From NCBI GenBank assembly GCA_964106915.2, contig OZ066923.1: a DNA stretch of 64,000 nt; one strand, written 5' to 3'. The translations under genes and the position numbers were made by a program. Source of the stretch: Podarcis gaigeae (lineage: Eukaryota). The notes below the pieces were generated by a model. It was given only the letters and a program-made list of their open reading frames with translations, had not been told where the DNA came from and searched no databases. Positions within the stretch are counted from its first letter, which is position 1, and each line of letters begins with the position of its first letter. Below are positions 63,193 through 64,000 of this stretch, piece after piece.

Positions 63193-63552
63193 TTGCTGTT
63201 GTTTAGGCATTTAGTCGTGTCCGACTCTTCGTGACCTCATGGACCAGAGCACACCAGGCACTCCTGTCTTCCTCTGCCTCCCGCAGTTTGGTGAAACTCA
63301 TGCTGGTAGCTTTAAGAACACTGTCCAACCATGTTGTCCTCTGTCGTCCCCTTCTCCTTGTGCCCTCAATCTTTCAGGGTCTTTTCCAGGGAGTCTTCTC
63401 TTCTCATGAGGTGACCAAAGTATTGGAGCCTCAGCTTCAGGATCTGTCCTTCCAGTGAGCACTCAGGGCTGATTTCCTTCAGAATGGATAGGTTTGATCT
63501 TCTTGCAGTCCATGGGACTCTCAAGAGTCTCCTCCAACACCATAATTCAAAA
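63193..63552 (-). mobile_element. BovB (RTE) LINE 3' fragment
   Basis: Closely matches the copy at 40527-40954, with small deletions. Confidence 0.9.
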
Positions 63553-64000
63553 TTATGAATTATGAATCTTCCTTACTCATCCCCAATTTTCCTCTGTCAG
63601 TATACAGCTCCTTTGGGCATAAGGGTGTTACTCCAAATACATCATTATGAATTTATGTTTATTTTGACAATTCAGGGGCTTTGATGGTTTTGGTTTGGCT
63701 TCTGAATACTTCTTGTACAGTCTTCCCTTTTAATAATCAGACCTATGTGCAATAGACTTTCATCTTCTCCCATAATAAATAAGTTCCTCTAGTCTTCCTC
63801 TGAATTGCAGCCAATTTTGTCAACATCCTGTGGCCAATATGATTCACACAGCCCTGTTTATTGTATGTTTACTTGGAAATAAGCCCCACTGAGTTCCATG
63901 GGGTGTCCTCCCAAGTTATCATCCACAGTGTTTTGGTCTTAGATCTAGACGTGATTTTGCAGGTGATGGTTCCACCATAGAAAGATGTGTTCCTCCCTGC

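Noticed and set aside
59400-64000. Expected next syntenic gene ANKRD54 on the minus strand
   Set aside because: No ankyrin-like exon recognised; it probably lies beyond the window.

Overview
Vertebrate genomic DNA from a squamate reptile, probably a lacertid lizard (Sauria SINE, Squam3-like SINE, BovB, Penelope-like, CR1/L2 and many MITEs). It is the conserved TRIOBP - H1-0 - GCAT - GALR3 block. On the + strand are the last three TRIOBP coding exons (566-3378), intronless linker histone H1.0 (10329-10907) with a recognisable promoter, the complete 9-exon GCAT (18185-31795, 421 aa) and two-exon GALR3/galr2b-like (51904-54347, 406 aa). Two items are not visible in the ORF track. (1) A single-exon Noggin-family gene lies on the - strand between GCAT and GALR3 (38791->38007). 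It is most like Noggin4 and keeps all nine C-terminal cysteines, but has an in-frame TAG and a 1-bp frameshift, so it is a candidate recent pseudogene. (2) A short fold-back Penelope-like element (5684-5924) carries an intact-looking minimal type I hammerhead ribozyme; a second copy (about 55245-55444) has lost the ribozyme and holds an inverted 61-bp copy of flanking DNA. Gene and repeat names come from recalled sequence similarity, not database searches. There is one assembly gap (23045-23174).
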